Source: Mobula hypostoma (taxonomy: Eukaryota). Taken from it: a stretch of DNA of 64,000 bases. The notes beneath the pieces were generated by a model, which worked only from the letters and a program-made list of their open reading frames with translations, was not told where the DNA came from and made no database searches. Made by a program: the position numbers and the translations under genes. Location of the stretch: contig NC_086102.1 of assembly GCF_963921235.1 (NCBI RefSeq), positions 163,432,001 through 163,496,000 on the forward strand. The letters run 5' to 3'. Below, piece by piece: positions 13,030 through 26,638 of the stretch (positions are counted from its first letter, which is position 1; each line of letters opens with the position of its first letter).

Positions 13030-15180
13030 TACACAAGTTCAAGTTTATTGTCATCTGACTGTGTGTGTATGTGTGTGTATACAGTATATATGCAACCAAA
13101 CAACATTCCTCCAGACCACGGTGCAATGTATCACACACAGCACATAAACCAAAATATTCTACTACACAAAAATAAACAGAATGTAATTTAAATGCATGTA
13201 CTAAAGTGCAGCAGAGGTAAACAGTAAACAACTCGCTGTCCTAGTGACAAGACCTTGGTGGCAGCAGGATAATTCAATAGTCTCACAATCTGAGGGAAGA
13301 AGCTGTTACCCACTCCAGCAGTCCTAATCCTGATGCTTCTGTACCTCCTTCCTGATGGTAGTGGGTCAAAGAGATTGTGCGATGGCTGGTAAGGATCCTC
13401 AACAATGCTTTGGGCCCTTCATCTGCAACACTCCTGGTAAATCTCACAAACAGGGGGAAGGGAGTCCCCTGTGATCCTCTTGGTGTTTTTTTTCCTATCC
13501 TGTACAGGGTCTTGTGGTCTGATGCCCTTCAGCTTCTATACCACTCAATGACATTCTTGATGGTGCTCCTGTAGAACGTTGTTAGAATGAGGGTGAGGAG
13601 CCTTGCATGCCTCAATCTCTTTAGAAAGTGTAGACATGCTGTGCCTTCTTGACGAGTGAGGACGGGTACAGGTTAGATCATTCATTATCTGCATACCAAG
13701 GAACTTTGTGCTCTTTACTCTCTCCACAGCAGAGCCATTGACATGCAATAGAGAGCGGTTGACCTGTGTCTTCATGAAGTCCATAATCACCTCTTTTATC
13801 TTGTCCATGTTGAGACTCAGGTTGTTGTTTTCACACTATTTGAAAAGCCTCTCTACCAGTGCTCAGCATGATGGAGCTTGAGATGTTGCTGCTAGCTAGG
13901 ACTGACTAAGGCCTTTTCATCAAGAAGTCCAAGATCCAGTTAAAGAGAGGGGCATTGAGTCCCAACAAAGACAGTTTACCCAACAGCCTCTGAGGAATGA
14001 TCGTGTTAAATGCTGAGCTGAAGTCGATGAACAACATCCTGGCGTACAAGGCATAGTTTCCTAGATGGAACAGGACAAATGGTAGCCGAGGCTATGGCGT
14101 CATCCATGGACTGGTTTGAGTGGTAGGTGGAAGGTGAGATTTTATATAATCCATTACCAGCTGTTCTTAGCACTTCATGATTGTTAAAAGTCAATGCCAC
14201 TGGGCAATAATCATTTAGGCCCGTTACTACTGCTATCTTGGGCACGAAATGATTAGGGCTGTCTTGTAGCCTCAGGGACAGTGGACTGTTTCATTGATTC
14301 TATTATGGTTATTGGATTTATTGAGTATGTCTGCAAGAAAATTAATCTCCGGGTTGTATACGATGATATATGTGTACTTAGATAATAAATTTCCTTTGAA
14401 CTTTAAACTTTGAGATCGACATTAAGACTTCTGTTAGCTGGGTTGCACACTCCCTCGGCACCTGACCAATTATGTTGTCCAGCCCTGCAGCTTTGCATGG
14501 GTTTACCCTGGCTAGAGTCCTCCTCATCTCGGCTGTGCCAATTCCTCAGGCAGAGAAGGGGCTTTCCTCAATGTCACATCATTCAATTGGTGAAGTCATG
14601 CATAGAAAGCATTCAGCCCATCAGGAAGGTTGGCGCTGCTGCTGTTGACGTGCAGGGTGGACTCGTAATCAGTTATGGTTTGTGTACCTTGCCATGTGTG
14701 CCATGTGTCCCTGGTATCACAAAGGTGTCTCTGGATTTTCTGTGCATTCTCACACGTCGCCTTCCTGATGGCATGGGAGATTATGGCTCTTGCTGACCTC
14801 AGAGTCGTCCTGTCCCTCGATCTGAAGGCAGAGTCCCATTCCCTAAGCAGTGCAGGAGCCTCTGCAGTCAGACATGGTTTCTGGTTTCATAGTCCTTGGT
14901 AGTGTAGTGTTTAATCACGGCAACATCCTCATTGCACTGAGATTCCACGTATTTGTCAATGTTGACTTGATGATTGTAGGTAGCTACCTCTCTGAATACA
15001 CTCCAGTCTGCGCTTTAAAAGCAGTCATGCAGTGCTGAGGTGGCAACTTCTAGCCAGGTCCTGATCTCCCTGTGAACTGGCTTGAATCTTTTAACCAGTG
15101 GTCTGTTTGCAGAGATTAGAAAAACAGATAAGTGGTCTGAGTATCCGAGGTGAGGGTGGGGGATATCCTTGGGATAAACC
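13030..15180 (-). mobile_element. Decayed Rex1/Babar LINE
   Basis: PK...TGLNDYCPVALT and VERVKSTKFLG motifs; 3' tail near 13030; oppositely oriented tail fragment inserted at about 14290-14410. Confidence 0.75.
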
Positions 15181-15669
15181 TACAGTCCGAGAGAAAACCT
15201 AAAAAAACATTTCAGGTGGTAGGTACAAAGAGTGCAGGGGATCTAACAATTCACTGATAAGCAAGGCTTTGCATGGATTGTCCGTGTCTATTGATGGTCC
15301 AAGTATTTTGTTGGGAACTCACAGGAGTTAATCTCCACATATTGACCGGGGAGGGGGTTGGGTGTGAGGACAGGGATGCACATGAATTCCATTGACTTTA
15401 AAAGACAATGCATTTGACTTTTCAGTTTAACATACAAAATCTGTGTAATAAAATTTGGAGGTCTGTCTGTCATTTTCAATTTTCTTAACTGATAGAACTC
15501 CATCCTGGCATTTAATATCTTCTGTCTTTCTATCCACTGCCAAGCAATAGATTATCACAAGAGACAGCAGATACTGGAATCTGGAGCAGGAAGGAGTCTG
15601 CTAGAGGAATGCAGTGGGTCAAGCAGCATCTATGAGGGGTGGGGGGGAGTTTTTTTCAGATATAAGAGC

Positions 15670-16240
15670 AAAATCTTTTTACATAAGTTGTGACATTGGA
15701 CAATACATTCAATCATGTTGACACTTTTTTTCGAACCATAGCACCATTATCACTCTTGTTACTCCCTCGGATGAATTGCCCTTTCAATGTCTGAGGGGCT
15801 TCCCCTCCTTCCATGTCCATAGCAGAAGGACCCGAGACTGTAGTCTTTCCCTACAGATCCTTTCAGTGGCTGCAACAAGCTTCAGTACATCCTTCACACA
15901 TGGTCCTCAGCCTGGAATGTGCCAGTAAGCAGTATTCCCTCACAGACAATACGCTATGCTGGAAGAACAACAATTTGTGGGCAGATGAAAGAGTCCCTTT
16001 CACTGAGTTGATGATCTACAAGTGGCACTTGGTGACTGTCTCATTGTGTCTCCCTGGGAACAGCACATCGATCAAAGAGTCCTCTGTTACACCAGCTGCT
16101 TTGGTTGAACTGAGACAAGGACCCTTGCGTCCTTCTCCACATCCTCTTAGCAAATCCACAGTCTGTGATGCTTTCGATCAAATCCCTGCATCAGGGCTGG
16201 GTGCAGAGAGGACAGGTGGCCAGTGTGAAAAGGAGAGGGG
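15670..16240 (-). mobile_element. Tx1/L1-clade LINE 3' end
   Basis: Minus strand TEDSLIDVLFPGRH.ET....*IINSVKGTL.SAHKLLFFQH..LSVREYC.LAHSRL resembles the Tx1 ORF2 C-terminus (from memory). Confidence 0.6.
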
Positions 16241-16249
16241 GGAGGGGTG

Positions 16250-17963
16250 CAGAGGAAAATTACACTCAGATTGACAGAGAGGCCTTGAGTCCGGTTTGGG
16301 GTGTAAAACGTATCAACTGGTACCTGTATGGGAGAGATTTTACCCTCATAACCGATAATTAACCACAGTGTCCATTTTCAATCCACAGGAGGGTGTTCCA
16401 CTAACAGCAGCACATTGGGCACTGTTCCTTAAAGGATGCAGGTACAAGATCATATTCGAGAGGACAATAATCATGGAAATGCTAATGGATTGTCCCGTTT
16501 AACTTGGAAAAGTAAATACCCAAAAAAGTTACAAAGCATGACATTCCTCTTGACATATTCTCCCCAATGCAAATTGAAAATCTCCCCATTACGGCAGAGC
16601 TGATTCAAAGGGAATTCAGAAAAGACCCCACACTGACTGAGGTCTACTTGGCGACAAGAAATGTCTGGAATGTGCAATAGAAATTCCAGTTTCACCATTT
16701 TTACTAGCAATAGGATGAAATTGACCTTGATGGGGATTGCCTTATGTGGGAATTGAGAGATGATTCATCCAAACAGAGAGCTAAAGTGTTGGAGGTGCTA
16801 CATGCTGGTCATCTACGCCTTGTCAAAATGAAAGGTTTGGCTTGAAACTCAGTCGGGTGGCCTGGGATGGTTCAGCAGATTGAGCAGCTCACCATGCACT
16901 GTGTGGGATGCCAACACATCCAGAAGATGCCAAGAGCAGCGCCTCTCCATCCCTGGGAATGACCTGCATTACCCTGGCAGAGGATTCATTTGGATCTTAC
17001 CAGACAATTCATGGGCACAAATTTCTGGGTAGCAGTGGATCAGCTGCAAAGTGGCTAGAAGTGTTCTGATGGCCTTCACAACAGCATCGCACAATGTAGA
17101 CATATTGAGAAGCCTCTTCTCAAGGACTGGTGTCAGTGACAATGGATCTGAATTTGCAGAAAGTTTTATCAAGATCCTAAGGAATGCACTGTGAGCAGTG
17201 TCAGCAGAACCCACAGTACTGAATTAGATGCTCACCAATATCCTCCTTGCATATCGCAGTGCAGCACACTCCACAACCAACAACTCACCAGCCGTGCTGA
17301 TCTTGGGTTGTCCCTTGCACTCATACTTGGATCTCCTCAAACCCCATCTCAGAAGGTGCTTACAGGACAAAGAGCTAAGAGAAATGGAGGGCTCCTCAAA
17401 CATGGGGGTTCGGTGTTCCACTGCTGGACAAGCAGTCCTAGTGAGGGGCTACAGAGGTGATCGGAAGTAAGTCCTTGGAAAAATTAAGGACGGAACTACA
17501 CACTGGACCACTCTCCTACACACCAGAGATTGTCTTTGATATCATCTGAAGACGACACATCATCAGTTGAGAGCAGAGTCAATTGTTTGAGAAGAAAGGT
17601 TTCCAGAGCTGTCAGAAACACTTCCTGCAGTTCCAGAGTCAACTCCTACGATCATCACGGAGGAGACCCCAGAACCAGAGATTGTTTCACAGCCACAAGG
17701 TTCGCCTGCCAAGCAGTGATCCCAACCCCATCTCCACTTGACAGACGTTATCCCGCCAGAGTAAGAAAGCCTCCACAGCAATAAAATCTTTAGGCCTGGC
17801 TGGGACAATTTAAAATTTACTATGCTGTGGATGTCTATATAGTAGTTGTATTATATAGTATACTGTGTACATGTATGTATGTGTGTATATTTATAATAAG
17901 TATAAATATCCTGGCTCCTGTGATTTTTCTTTTGATTAGTTTCTGGAGTTACAAAACATAACA
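16250..17963 (+). mobile_element. Gypsy LTR retrotransposon remnant (RNase H, integrase, part of 3' LTR)
   Basis: AEENYTQIDREAL..VWGVK..YLYGRDFTLITD, HGNANGLSRL, LHAGHL..VKMKGLA...WPG, PWQRIHLD, LLAYRSAAHSTT; ends ...taACA. Confidence 0.85.
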
Positions 17964-18189
17964 AAGGTCTTCTGGATTGTTTTCAATGAGGTATTTGAGC
18001 TCCTTGGAACTGCAGGTGTGTAGTTTTATTCACTACCCCTACTAGAGAGCTAACTGAAATTTCCTACAGTACTTCTAAACCTAAAATAGGTTCACTAGCA
18101 GCAGTTGAAAAAGCACACCAGTTAATACACTCTATGAAATTAACTGTAGCCCCTTAATCATTTATTCCTTATTTTAATTTTCACCATCT

Positions 18190-19470
18190 GGATAATACCA
18201 GAAAAGCCAGCATTGCTCATCTCCAATGAGAAAATGTGATGAACCATCTTCTTATCACTGCAGTCCTTTTTGTGAGGTGCCATTAAGTGCGCAGTTGTAA
18301 GATTTGGATCTGGCCATGAAGATGCAGGGACAGAAACATATTTCCAAGTTGTGATGGAGTTCAACATGAACAGGTGGTTGCACTTCCATGCTTTTGTTGC
18401 CCTTGTCGTCCTTAGAGGAAGAGCATGGCTTCAAGAGGTGCAGTTATAGTAGTCCAGACAAGTAGTAACTACAGTTCACTTTGTAGATGGTACACGTTGC
18501 AGCTACTGTGCAGCAGTGATGGACAGAATGAGTGTTTAGGGTAGTGGATAAGGGACTGATCAAACAGGTTGCTGATTCTAAAAAGCTTGGAGCTCCTGGA
18601 TAACGCCAGGTGCTTTAGAGCTGCTGCACTCTTCCAGGGCTATGATGGGTTTCCATCTTGATCTTAACTTGTGCCTTTGTGCAAGTTTTGGCTGTCAGTA
18701 GTGTCAATCACTGCAGGATATCCAACCACTCACTTTGTGTTGTAACCAAAATAGTTATGTGCTCATACAACTAAGATTCTAATCATTAGCAGCCGCAAGA
18801 ACGTTCTTGGTTGGGAACTTCACACAGGCAATACTATTGAATGTCAGGGATAAGTGATTAGAAATTTATCTTGATAAAATGGTCAATGGCTATCAAGTGT
18901 GTGTGATAAATGATTCTTGCTGCTTATCAGCTAGTACCTAAATGTTGCCTAGATTTTCTGAATGTAGGCATGGCTGCTTCATTTGCAAGTAAAGGGCTTG
19001 CAAATGAAATTGAGAGCTGCAAAATCATCCACATATCTGACCTTGTGTTGGAAGGAAAGTAATTGATAAAGCAGCTGAATATGACTAGGCCAAAGACAGT
19101 GCCCTGAGGAGTTCCTGCAGTGATGTTCAGAGAACGATTGATCTCCAGTAAGTGCAGCTATTTCTGATTCTGACAATTAGAATGTTGTTCTATTGAAACC
19201 CATTAACTATGGTTTTGCAAATGCTTCTTGATACCACACTTCATCAAATGCTATCCTAATATCAAGGGCAGTTACTCTCACCTGAAATCTGAAATTTAAC
19301 TCTTTAATCCATGTTCAGTTAAAGAGTGTGATAATGTCTACAATTAAGGGGTCCTTTGAGATACAGTAAGCATTGGTAAGCTGTTTTGTGAGGGTTGCCA
19401 TCTACAGTACTGTTTTGTGAAACCTCCTTTAACTTTGCTGACAGTGGACTGATAGAGCAGCAATCATCCA
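18190..19470 (-). mobile_element. Old CR1/L2-group LINE RT remnant
   Basis: ALDIR.AFDEVWY and GTPQGTVFGL motifs on the minus strand. Confidence 0.55.
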
Positions 19471-21403
19471 GATTGAATTAGCTCTACTTTTTTTCTTTTT
19501 TCGTACCTTTTTTCTTAAATATGCATTTTATTTCTGAAGCTTAATAGTAAAGAATTAGGGAAGCACACCTGAAGAGTGTCACCAGTCTGCCTGAGGAGGC
19601 AGATATTGTAATTGTAGTGGAACAGCTAAACAAAGACTTTTCAAGTTCTGGAGTGCAAAAAAATATTGTAAACACAAGAGATTCTGTCGATGCTGAAAAG
19701 CCAGTCCTGATTAAAGATCTTGGTCCAGAACAATGACTGTTTATTAATTTCAATAGATGTTGCCTAACCTGTTGTCCTGCTCCACCATTTTTAGTATGTT
19801 GCTCTGGAATTTCTCACTTCAGTGCCAATGCTGTCTGGTTCCATTATTACTCCTGTACCTTCCATTCTCAATCAATTCTAGATGTCATTTCTTTGCAGGC
19901 CAATTTGGTTGATACTTAAAATCTCACAAAAAGCAGAGGTGAATTGTCTACTCAGTACTTCTGATGGATTCTTCAGCTGTGCCTTGGAGGATTGAGGATC
20001 TTCCTGCAGACAGTTCATGATCATTCGTAATTAGCTATGGTAGGGCTGTTGAGGATTGATCTGATTATTTAATTGTGAGGTGGCTTTGCATGTTGTTTTT
20101 GTTGTTTGGTACACACCACCTTGTGTTGTGGTTTCAGTAGGTTGACACCTCAGTAGATATGCTTTTGCTGCTGCCAGCATGCCCTTCTGCACTTGTCTTT
20201 GAATTAGAATTGATCCCTTGGCTTGATTGTAATGGTAGTGTGAGGGATATGCTCGGACACACATAAATATGTTTTCAAAACCGCAATGGATTTTACTATT
20301 TCTAACTTTACTGTGTGCATAAATTTGAATTTTCTAATATTGATTTCTGAAGTTGTTTTAACTGTGAACTAAGTCACCAGAGAGGCACTGAAGCTAGTGA
20401 ATGTAGAAGCCATTATTCTAGCAAAATGAGTATACAGGCGTCATATTTGAGACACTGTTGGAAGAAGAGGCCTGCTAGACCCAATATTACATGACATTTT
20501 TAAACAGCAGGATCATTCTATAGTTACAATGTATCTACAATGCTTCCTTTGAATTACATATAGTCTTCAAACACCTCCTTCTTCACACCCACACTCCAGA
20601 CACCCAAAATGAATATTAATCCCCACCGACTTTAGGCCACATCCATGCATATGCAGGCATCTGAAGTCAAAGTGGAGTGTTTCTTTGTTTGCGATTGACC
20701 CCAACCTTCAGCTCCAGGAAGCTCATTGATCTGAGCTGCATTTTAAATTCAATCTGCAATTCACATTCAAATCTGAAGATTGTTTGCTGCTGAAATTAAT
20801 ATTTGCCATATACACTAACTCCAGAATATGCCCTAAAAAAGTAAAGGAGAAATACACAGTTGAATTCAATAGAATTACTGCGAAAAATACTAGCACACCT
20901 TTCTTTCATCGAACATAGAACAACACTACACAGACACAGGACCACCAGCCCATGATGTCTGAACCAATCATAATGTTGCTTTAAACTAATCACATCTGTT
21001 TGCACATAACCTTTGTCCCTTCATCTGCTGTCTGTTCATGTGCCAACCTAAATGCCTCTTAAAGTTTGTTGTGATATCTGCTTCCACAGCTTCACCTGAG
21101 AAGCACCAACCACCTCCACTGTGCAAAACAACTTGCCTCAAAAATCTCCTTTACACTTTTCCCCTCTCACCTTAATTCTATGCGCACTAGTATTTGGCAT
21201 TTCCACCTTGGAGAAAAGGACTCTGATGATTGAGACTTTGATTCTGACTCAACTTGAGAGGTTTAAAGCTGGGTTCTGCAAGTCCACAAAGTGAATTGCA
21301 TTCATATGAGTGAGCAGTTAATGTGGCCGACGAGTTAATCATTGCAGATATAGTTGGCAAATGCAAGGGATATTGCAAAAATAATAGCAATAATAGCACG
21401 TGT

Positions 21404-21712
21404 GGGCACGTGGCCAAGTGGTTAAGGTATTCGACTAGCGACCTGAAGGTCCTAAGTTCAAGCCCCAGCTGAGGCAGCGTGTTGTGTCGTTGAGCAAGGC
21501 ACTTAACCACACAGTGCTCTGCGACGACACTGGTGCCAAGCTGTACGGGTCCTAATGCCCTTCCCTTGGACAACATTGGTGTCGTGGAGAGGGGAGACTT
21601 GCAGCATGGGCAACTGCTGGTCTTCCATGCAACCTTGCCCAGGCCTGCGCGCTGGAGAGTGAAGACTTTCCAGTGCAGATCCATGATCTTGCAAGACTAA
21701 CGGATGCCTTAA
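21404..21712 (+). mobile_element. tRNA-derived SINE with CORE-like domain (copy 2)
   Basis: Aligns end to end with 10335-10640; TAATAGCA on both flanks. Confidence 0.8.
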
Positions 21713-21726
21713 TTAATAGCAAGAAC

Positions 21727-22146
21727 AAGCACAAGAGACCCTGCAAATGCTGGAAATCCAGAGCAACACACAGAAGATGATGGAGGGGCTCGGCAGGTCA
21801 GGCAGCATCTATGAAAATGAATAAACAGCTGACATTTCAGGTTGAGAGCCTTGGTCAGGACCGGAAAGAAAGGTGGAGGATGCCCAAATAAGAAGGTGAG
21901 AGAGGGAAAGGAGCTCAAAGATGACAAAATGAGAAATGGTAACAAAGTACGAAGCTGAGAGATGATAAGTGGAAAAGATAAAGGAGAAGAAGAAATCAGA
22001 TAAGAGAGGAGAGTGGATGGTGATAGGCAGGTGAGGAGAAGAGGAAAGAGGATAGAATAGGAAATTGAAGAAGAGGAAAGAGGTAGGGGAAAATTACCAG
22101 AAGCTAGATACAGTAATCGATGTTCATGCCATCAGGTTGGAGGGTA
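21727..22146 (-). mobile_element. Penelope-like element 3' end
   Basis: Same terminal repeat as 3832-3970, a purine-rich tract and the ORF C-terminus LQPDGMNID. Confidence 0.7.
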
Positions 22147-25100
22147 ATAGAAAGAAAGTGGTTTTTTGTTTCAGAGGGGAAAAATCCAATTAGCAAACTT
22201 CATTTCTGCATACTCTGCAATTCACGGAAAGGGAGCAAATGAATGGTAAAATGTTTAGGGATTAGTTTTCATCTCATATAAATGCAAAAGATTGTAGTCC
22301 ATCAAAACCTACTCTATTCAGGATGAACGACACGAAAATGTTCTAGAAAAGAATTTTTACACAATAAATCGCCAATTTGAATTAATCATTGCAAATTAAG
22401 GTACCATATTTACATATGAAAAAGAGCTGTTCATGTGCATTTTACGCAATGTTTTTAATGGCGCTTCTACAACCTAATGATGTATAGTTGTAAAGTGAGG
22501 AACATCAATAACGAATATAGTCATTGTTAGGTTCCATAAACAACAGCCAACTTTATTTTGTGCTTTGCTCTGAAATATATGAGTTAATTCCAATGCTTGA
22601 CTGTTGATAATCAGGAGAATGCGCCTACGTTGTGTCAAAAGTTATTTCAAGTGAGCCCGGGAAGACGGGGATATTTTTGAATTGAACTTGCTGTGTGCAC
22701 TGTACATTGTTAACTGGTGAATCCAAACGAATGCATGGTGGATAATCCTTCGTTCCCTCCGTACTGCAACTTGCTAATGCTGCAGTGAGACATGAACCCT
22801 CACCCTACTATCTCGGGGGGGGGGGAGGAGGAGGGGGGAGCGGCTTCCAGTGGCTTATTTTTTTCATTTTGGTAAGGTGTCACAATAAGAGATGTTGAAA
22901 CTCATACAAAACTGGAAAATTGACAGCATGAGTACAAAGTTAGCAAGTGGTTGACGACAGCGAGGCACGATGTTTCACGGACTCGGGGAGGAAGAACAGC
23001 GGCAATGCACAGAGATCAGTGATAAAGCCACTGGAAGTACAAACCATAATTTCCAGGACGCCTGGCAAATGAGGTGACGAAGCATGATGAGAAACTATAT
23101 AGAATGATAGGCATTGTTCTAAAGAGGATGCGAATCGAAGAATCCGGAATTATGAAAGCTCAAATGATTGAAAATGACAGAGCAGTTTGAGAAAGTGGTT
23201 AATAAGATATACACAATTCAGTGTTTTACCAAAAAAAAAATAGAATACAAAACGTACGAAAGTTCTGCTGATGTATTTAAACACTTGGACCGGTCTCAAC
23301 TTTGTGTCCAACCTGGTCACTTCGTTATTGCAGACATAAGAGTCTTAAGAGCCCTGAAAAGGTTTAAGAATGGTTGTTAGAATGAAAGAGTACAGATACC
23401 AAGACAGTTTGGAGAAGTTGGGTTGTATTTCCTTCAAAGAAGAAGTCTGTGGAGAGATATGAAAGAAGTTCAAAGTTCAATATCAATTTATTATCGAAGT
23501 ACATACACGTCACCACATACAACCACAAGATTCGTTTTCTTGCGGGCATTCTCAGTAAATCTAATAAATATAATAGAATCAATGAAAGACCGCACCCAAC
23601 AGAGCGGACAGACAAGCAGTGTGCAAAAGTCAACAAACTGCAAATACAAAAGAGAAAAAAGGAAATAACAATAATGATTATAACAAAACAAAACGAAATA
23701 AATAATTATAAATACGTAGGTTAGTAATAAATATCGATAACGTGAGATGAAGTATCCTTGAAAGTGAATCCGTAGGTTGTGGGAACAGTTCAGAGATGGG
23801 GCGAGTGCAGCTGAAGGAAATTGTCCCTACTGATTCAAGAGCCTCATGGTTGAGTGGTAATAATTGTTTCCGTACCTGGTCGTGCGGGTCCTAAGGCTCC
23901 CGTACCATCTTCCTGATGGCAGCAGCGAGAAGAGCAGGGCCTGGGTGGTGGGGGATCTGGATGGATGCTGCTTTCCTGGGACACCGCTCTGTCTAGACGT
24001 GCTCGGGTGGTAGGGAGGGCTCAGATGGTGATGGACTGGGCCCTATCCGCTATTTTTTGTAGGTTTTTCTGTTCAGGGGCATTGGTGTTTTCATACCAGG
24101 CCGTGATGCAACTTGTCAATATACTCTCCATCACACATCCACAGGAGTTTGTCTAAGTTTTGGATGTCATGCCGAGTCCCTAGCAAACTTCTGAGGAAGC
24201 AGAGGCGCTGTCGTGCTTTCTTCGCAATTACACTTACACATTCAGCCCAGGAGAGATGCGCTGACATGATAACAACGAGGAATTTCAAGATGCTGACCTG
24301 CTCCTCCTCTGATTTCCCCGATGACGACTTGTTCTTGGACCTCCTCCTTGGTCTTGGTGACATTAAGTGAAAGGTTGTTGTTGTGACCCACTCAAACCGA
24401 TTTTCAATCCCCCTCCTTTAAGCTGAAACCTCTGTTGCAGCCTACGATAGCAGTGTCATCAGCAACCCTAAATTGCGACACTGGAGCTACATTTAGCGTC
24501 ACGGGCAGGGGTATAGAGCGAGCAGAGCAGGGGGGCTAACACAGATGTCGTTGAACGGCTTGTGGTCGGCAAGTGACGAAATCGAGGAACCGATTGCACC
24601 AGGAGGTATTGAGTCAAGGTCTTGAGGCATATTGATTAGTTTGAGGGGATGATAGTATTGAATGCCGAGCATCGAAATGCCGATACAGTATCGATATTGA
24701 ATGCCAGGCCATCAAGTCAATAAAGATCATCCTGATTAATGCATTTTTGCTGCCCAGATGTCCCTGGCTTGAGTGAACAGCCAATGAAGTGGTATCTTCT
24801 GTGGACCTGTTGTACCGATAGGCAAATTGGAGTGGATCCAATTCCCTTCTCAGGCAGGAGTTGCTATGTTTTCTTTGCCAACCTCTCAAAACACGACCAT
24901 GGCGGCTGTCAGTGTTGGTAGACGATCACCGTTGAGGCAAGCTATAACTTTCTTAAGTACCGAAATAATCGAAGCCTGCTTGAAGCCGAATGGTACCTCA
25001 GACTGCCGAAGCGAGAGGTTAAAGGTATCGGTGAACACTCCAGCCAGTTGGTTAGCGTTGGTCGTTAGTACTCGGCCAGCTACCCCTTCTGGGCCGGATG

Positions 25101-26111
25101 CTTTCCGGGGTTCATCCTCCTGAATTATCCTCTCACGGCGGCCTCGGAGGCTAAAATCATAGGGTCATCGGGGGCAAGGGAGGTCTTGAAGATTCCTTTT
25201 TGTTTTGACGGTTAACTCGAGTTTAGAAGGCATGGAGCTAATCTGGAAGTGAAGCCCAGTTGTCGCCTATGCCATTTGGTTGCACTTTGTAAGAGGTAGT
25301 AGCATTCGAGTCTCTGCCACAGCTGTTGAGCCCTTCAATGAATCAAGCTTAGACTAGAACTGCCACTTCACCCGTGAGATAGCCTTCCGGAGGTCGTACC
25401 TCTTATAACTTCATTGGTCACCAAATTTGAATGCCTCCGATCTGGCCCTCAGCATATTGCAGATCTCATGGTTCATCCGCGGCACTAGTTGGCGAACACT
25501 CTGAATGATTTTGTGGGGACACACTCGTTTACGACTGATTTTATAAAGTTGTGACAACTGTGGTGTATTCATTCAGATCCTTTGATGAGCCTTGAACACG
25601 TCGCAGTCCACCGACTCGATGCAATCCCGTAACCGCTCCTCTGCCTTCCGAGAACACTTCCTTGTTGTTCCTACCTTATCTCTAGAACCTTGCTCTTTAG
25701 CCTCTACCTATATGCAAGTAGGAGAATGTCTTTCTCTAGCAATGTCTTGCCTGTCTGCCAAGTGATCAGATTTCCCGAAATGCGGTCCGCGCACGGAACA
25801 GCAAACATTCCTTATCGTACTATAGCAGTGGTTTAGTGTGTTGGGACTATGATGATGGTACTTGGGTAGAGATTCCTTCAAATAAGCCTGACTGAAGCCC
25901 CCTACTACGATATGAAATGCATCGGGCTGGACTGTTTCTTGTTTGGATATGGAGGCATTGAATATCTCGAATCCTGATTACCGTCGGCTTTTGGTATTAT
26001 GTAAACTTCGGTCAAGATCACTGTGGGGGGGGGGGGGCTCTCTTAAATTGAATGGTCGGCAATTAAGCGTTAGGTATGCCAGATCAGGGGAACACGACTA
26101 CGACAAAACCG

Positions 26112-26350
26112 CAAACACGAGGAAATCTGCAGATGCTGGAATTTTTAGCAACACAGATAAAAATTGCTGGTGAACGCAGCAGGCCAGACAGCATCTATAA
26201 GAAGAGGTACAGTCGACGTTTCGGGCCGAGACCCTTCGTCAGGACTAACTGAAAGAAGAAATAGTAAGAGATTTGAAAGTGGGAGGGGGAGGGGAAAATC
26301 CGATAGATGCTGCCTGGCCTGCTGCGTTCACCAGCAATTTTTATGTGTAT
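26112..26350. mobile_element. Penelope-derived mini-element with inverted repeats
   Basis: 13-bp TSD TACGACAAAACCG (26099-26111, 26351-26363); about 47-bp inverted repeat (about 26151-26198 vs 26303-26348); contains the hammerhead motif. Confidence 0.8.
26211..26246 (-). ncRNA. Minimal type I hammerhead ribozyme motif (Penelope-associated)
   Basis: Minus strand agtc-CTGACGA-a-gggtctcggccc-GAAA-CG-TC-gact: helix I AGTC/GACT, core CUGANGA, helix II GGGU/GCCC, GAAA, palindromic ACGU helix III, GUC cleavage triplet. Confidence 0.7.
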
Positions 26351-26638
26351 TACGACAAAACCGTCTCACAGAAAGTTTATCAAGGCAAACACACATTCCC
26401 CTTTTGCTTCTTCCGAATCAGCAGTTCGGTCCATCCTGTTTATCGAGAAGCCTTCGGGTCTTACCGATGCATCCGGAATGTCCGGAGTGAGCCATGTCTC
26501 CGTGAAACACAGAATACAGCAATTCCTCATTTCTTTCCGATATAGCAATCTTGCCCTTAGGTCCTCAATGTTGTTCTCCAGCGACTGTACATTTGCAAAC
26601 AAGATGCTGCATAGAACGGGTCTCGTTCCTCTGCGTTT

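Noticed and set aside
12635-13231. 198-aa ORF and other short non-Hox ORFs
   Set aside because: No recognisable domains; they overlap repeats, low-complexity DNA or the antisense strand of Hox exons.
20354-20370. CTCF-like motifs (also at about 52600 and 32760)
   Set aside because: Each needs an indel or has a poor 5' half; a PWM scan is required.
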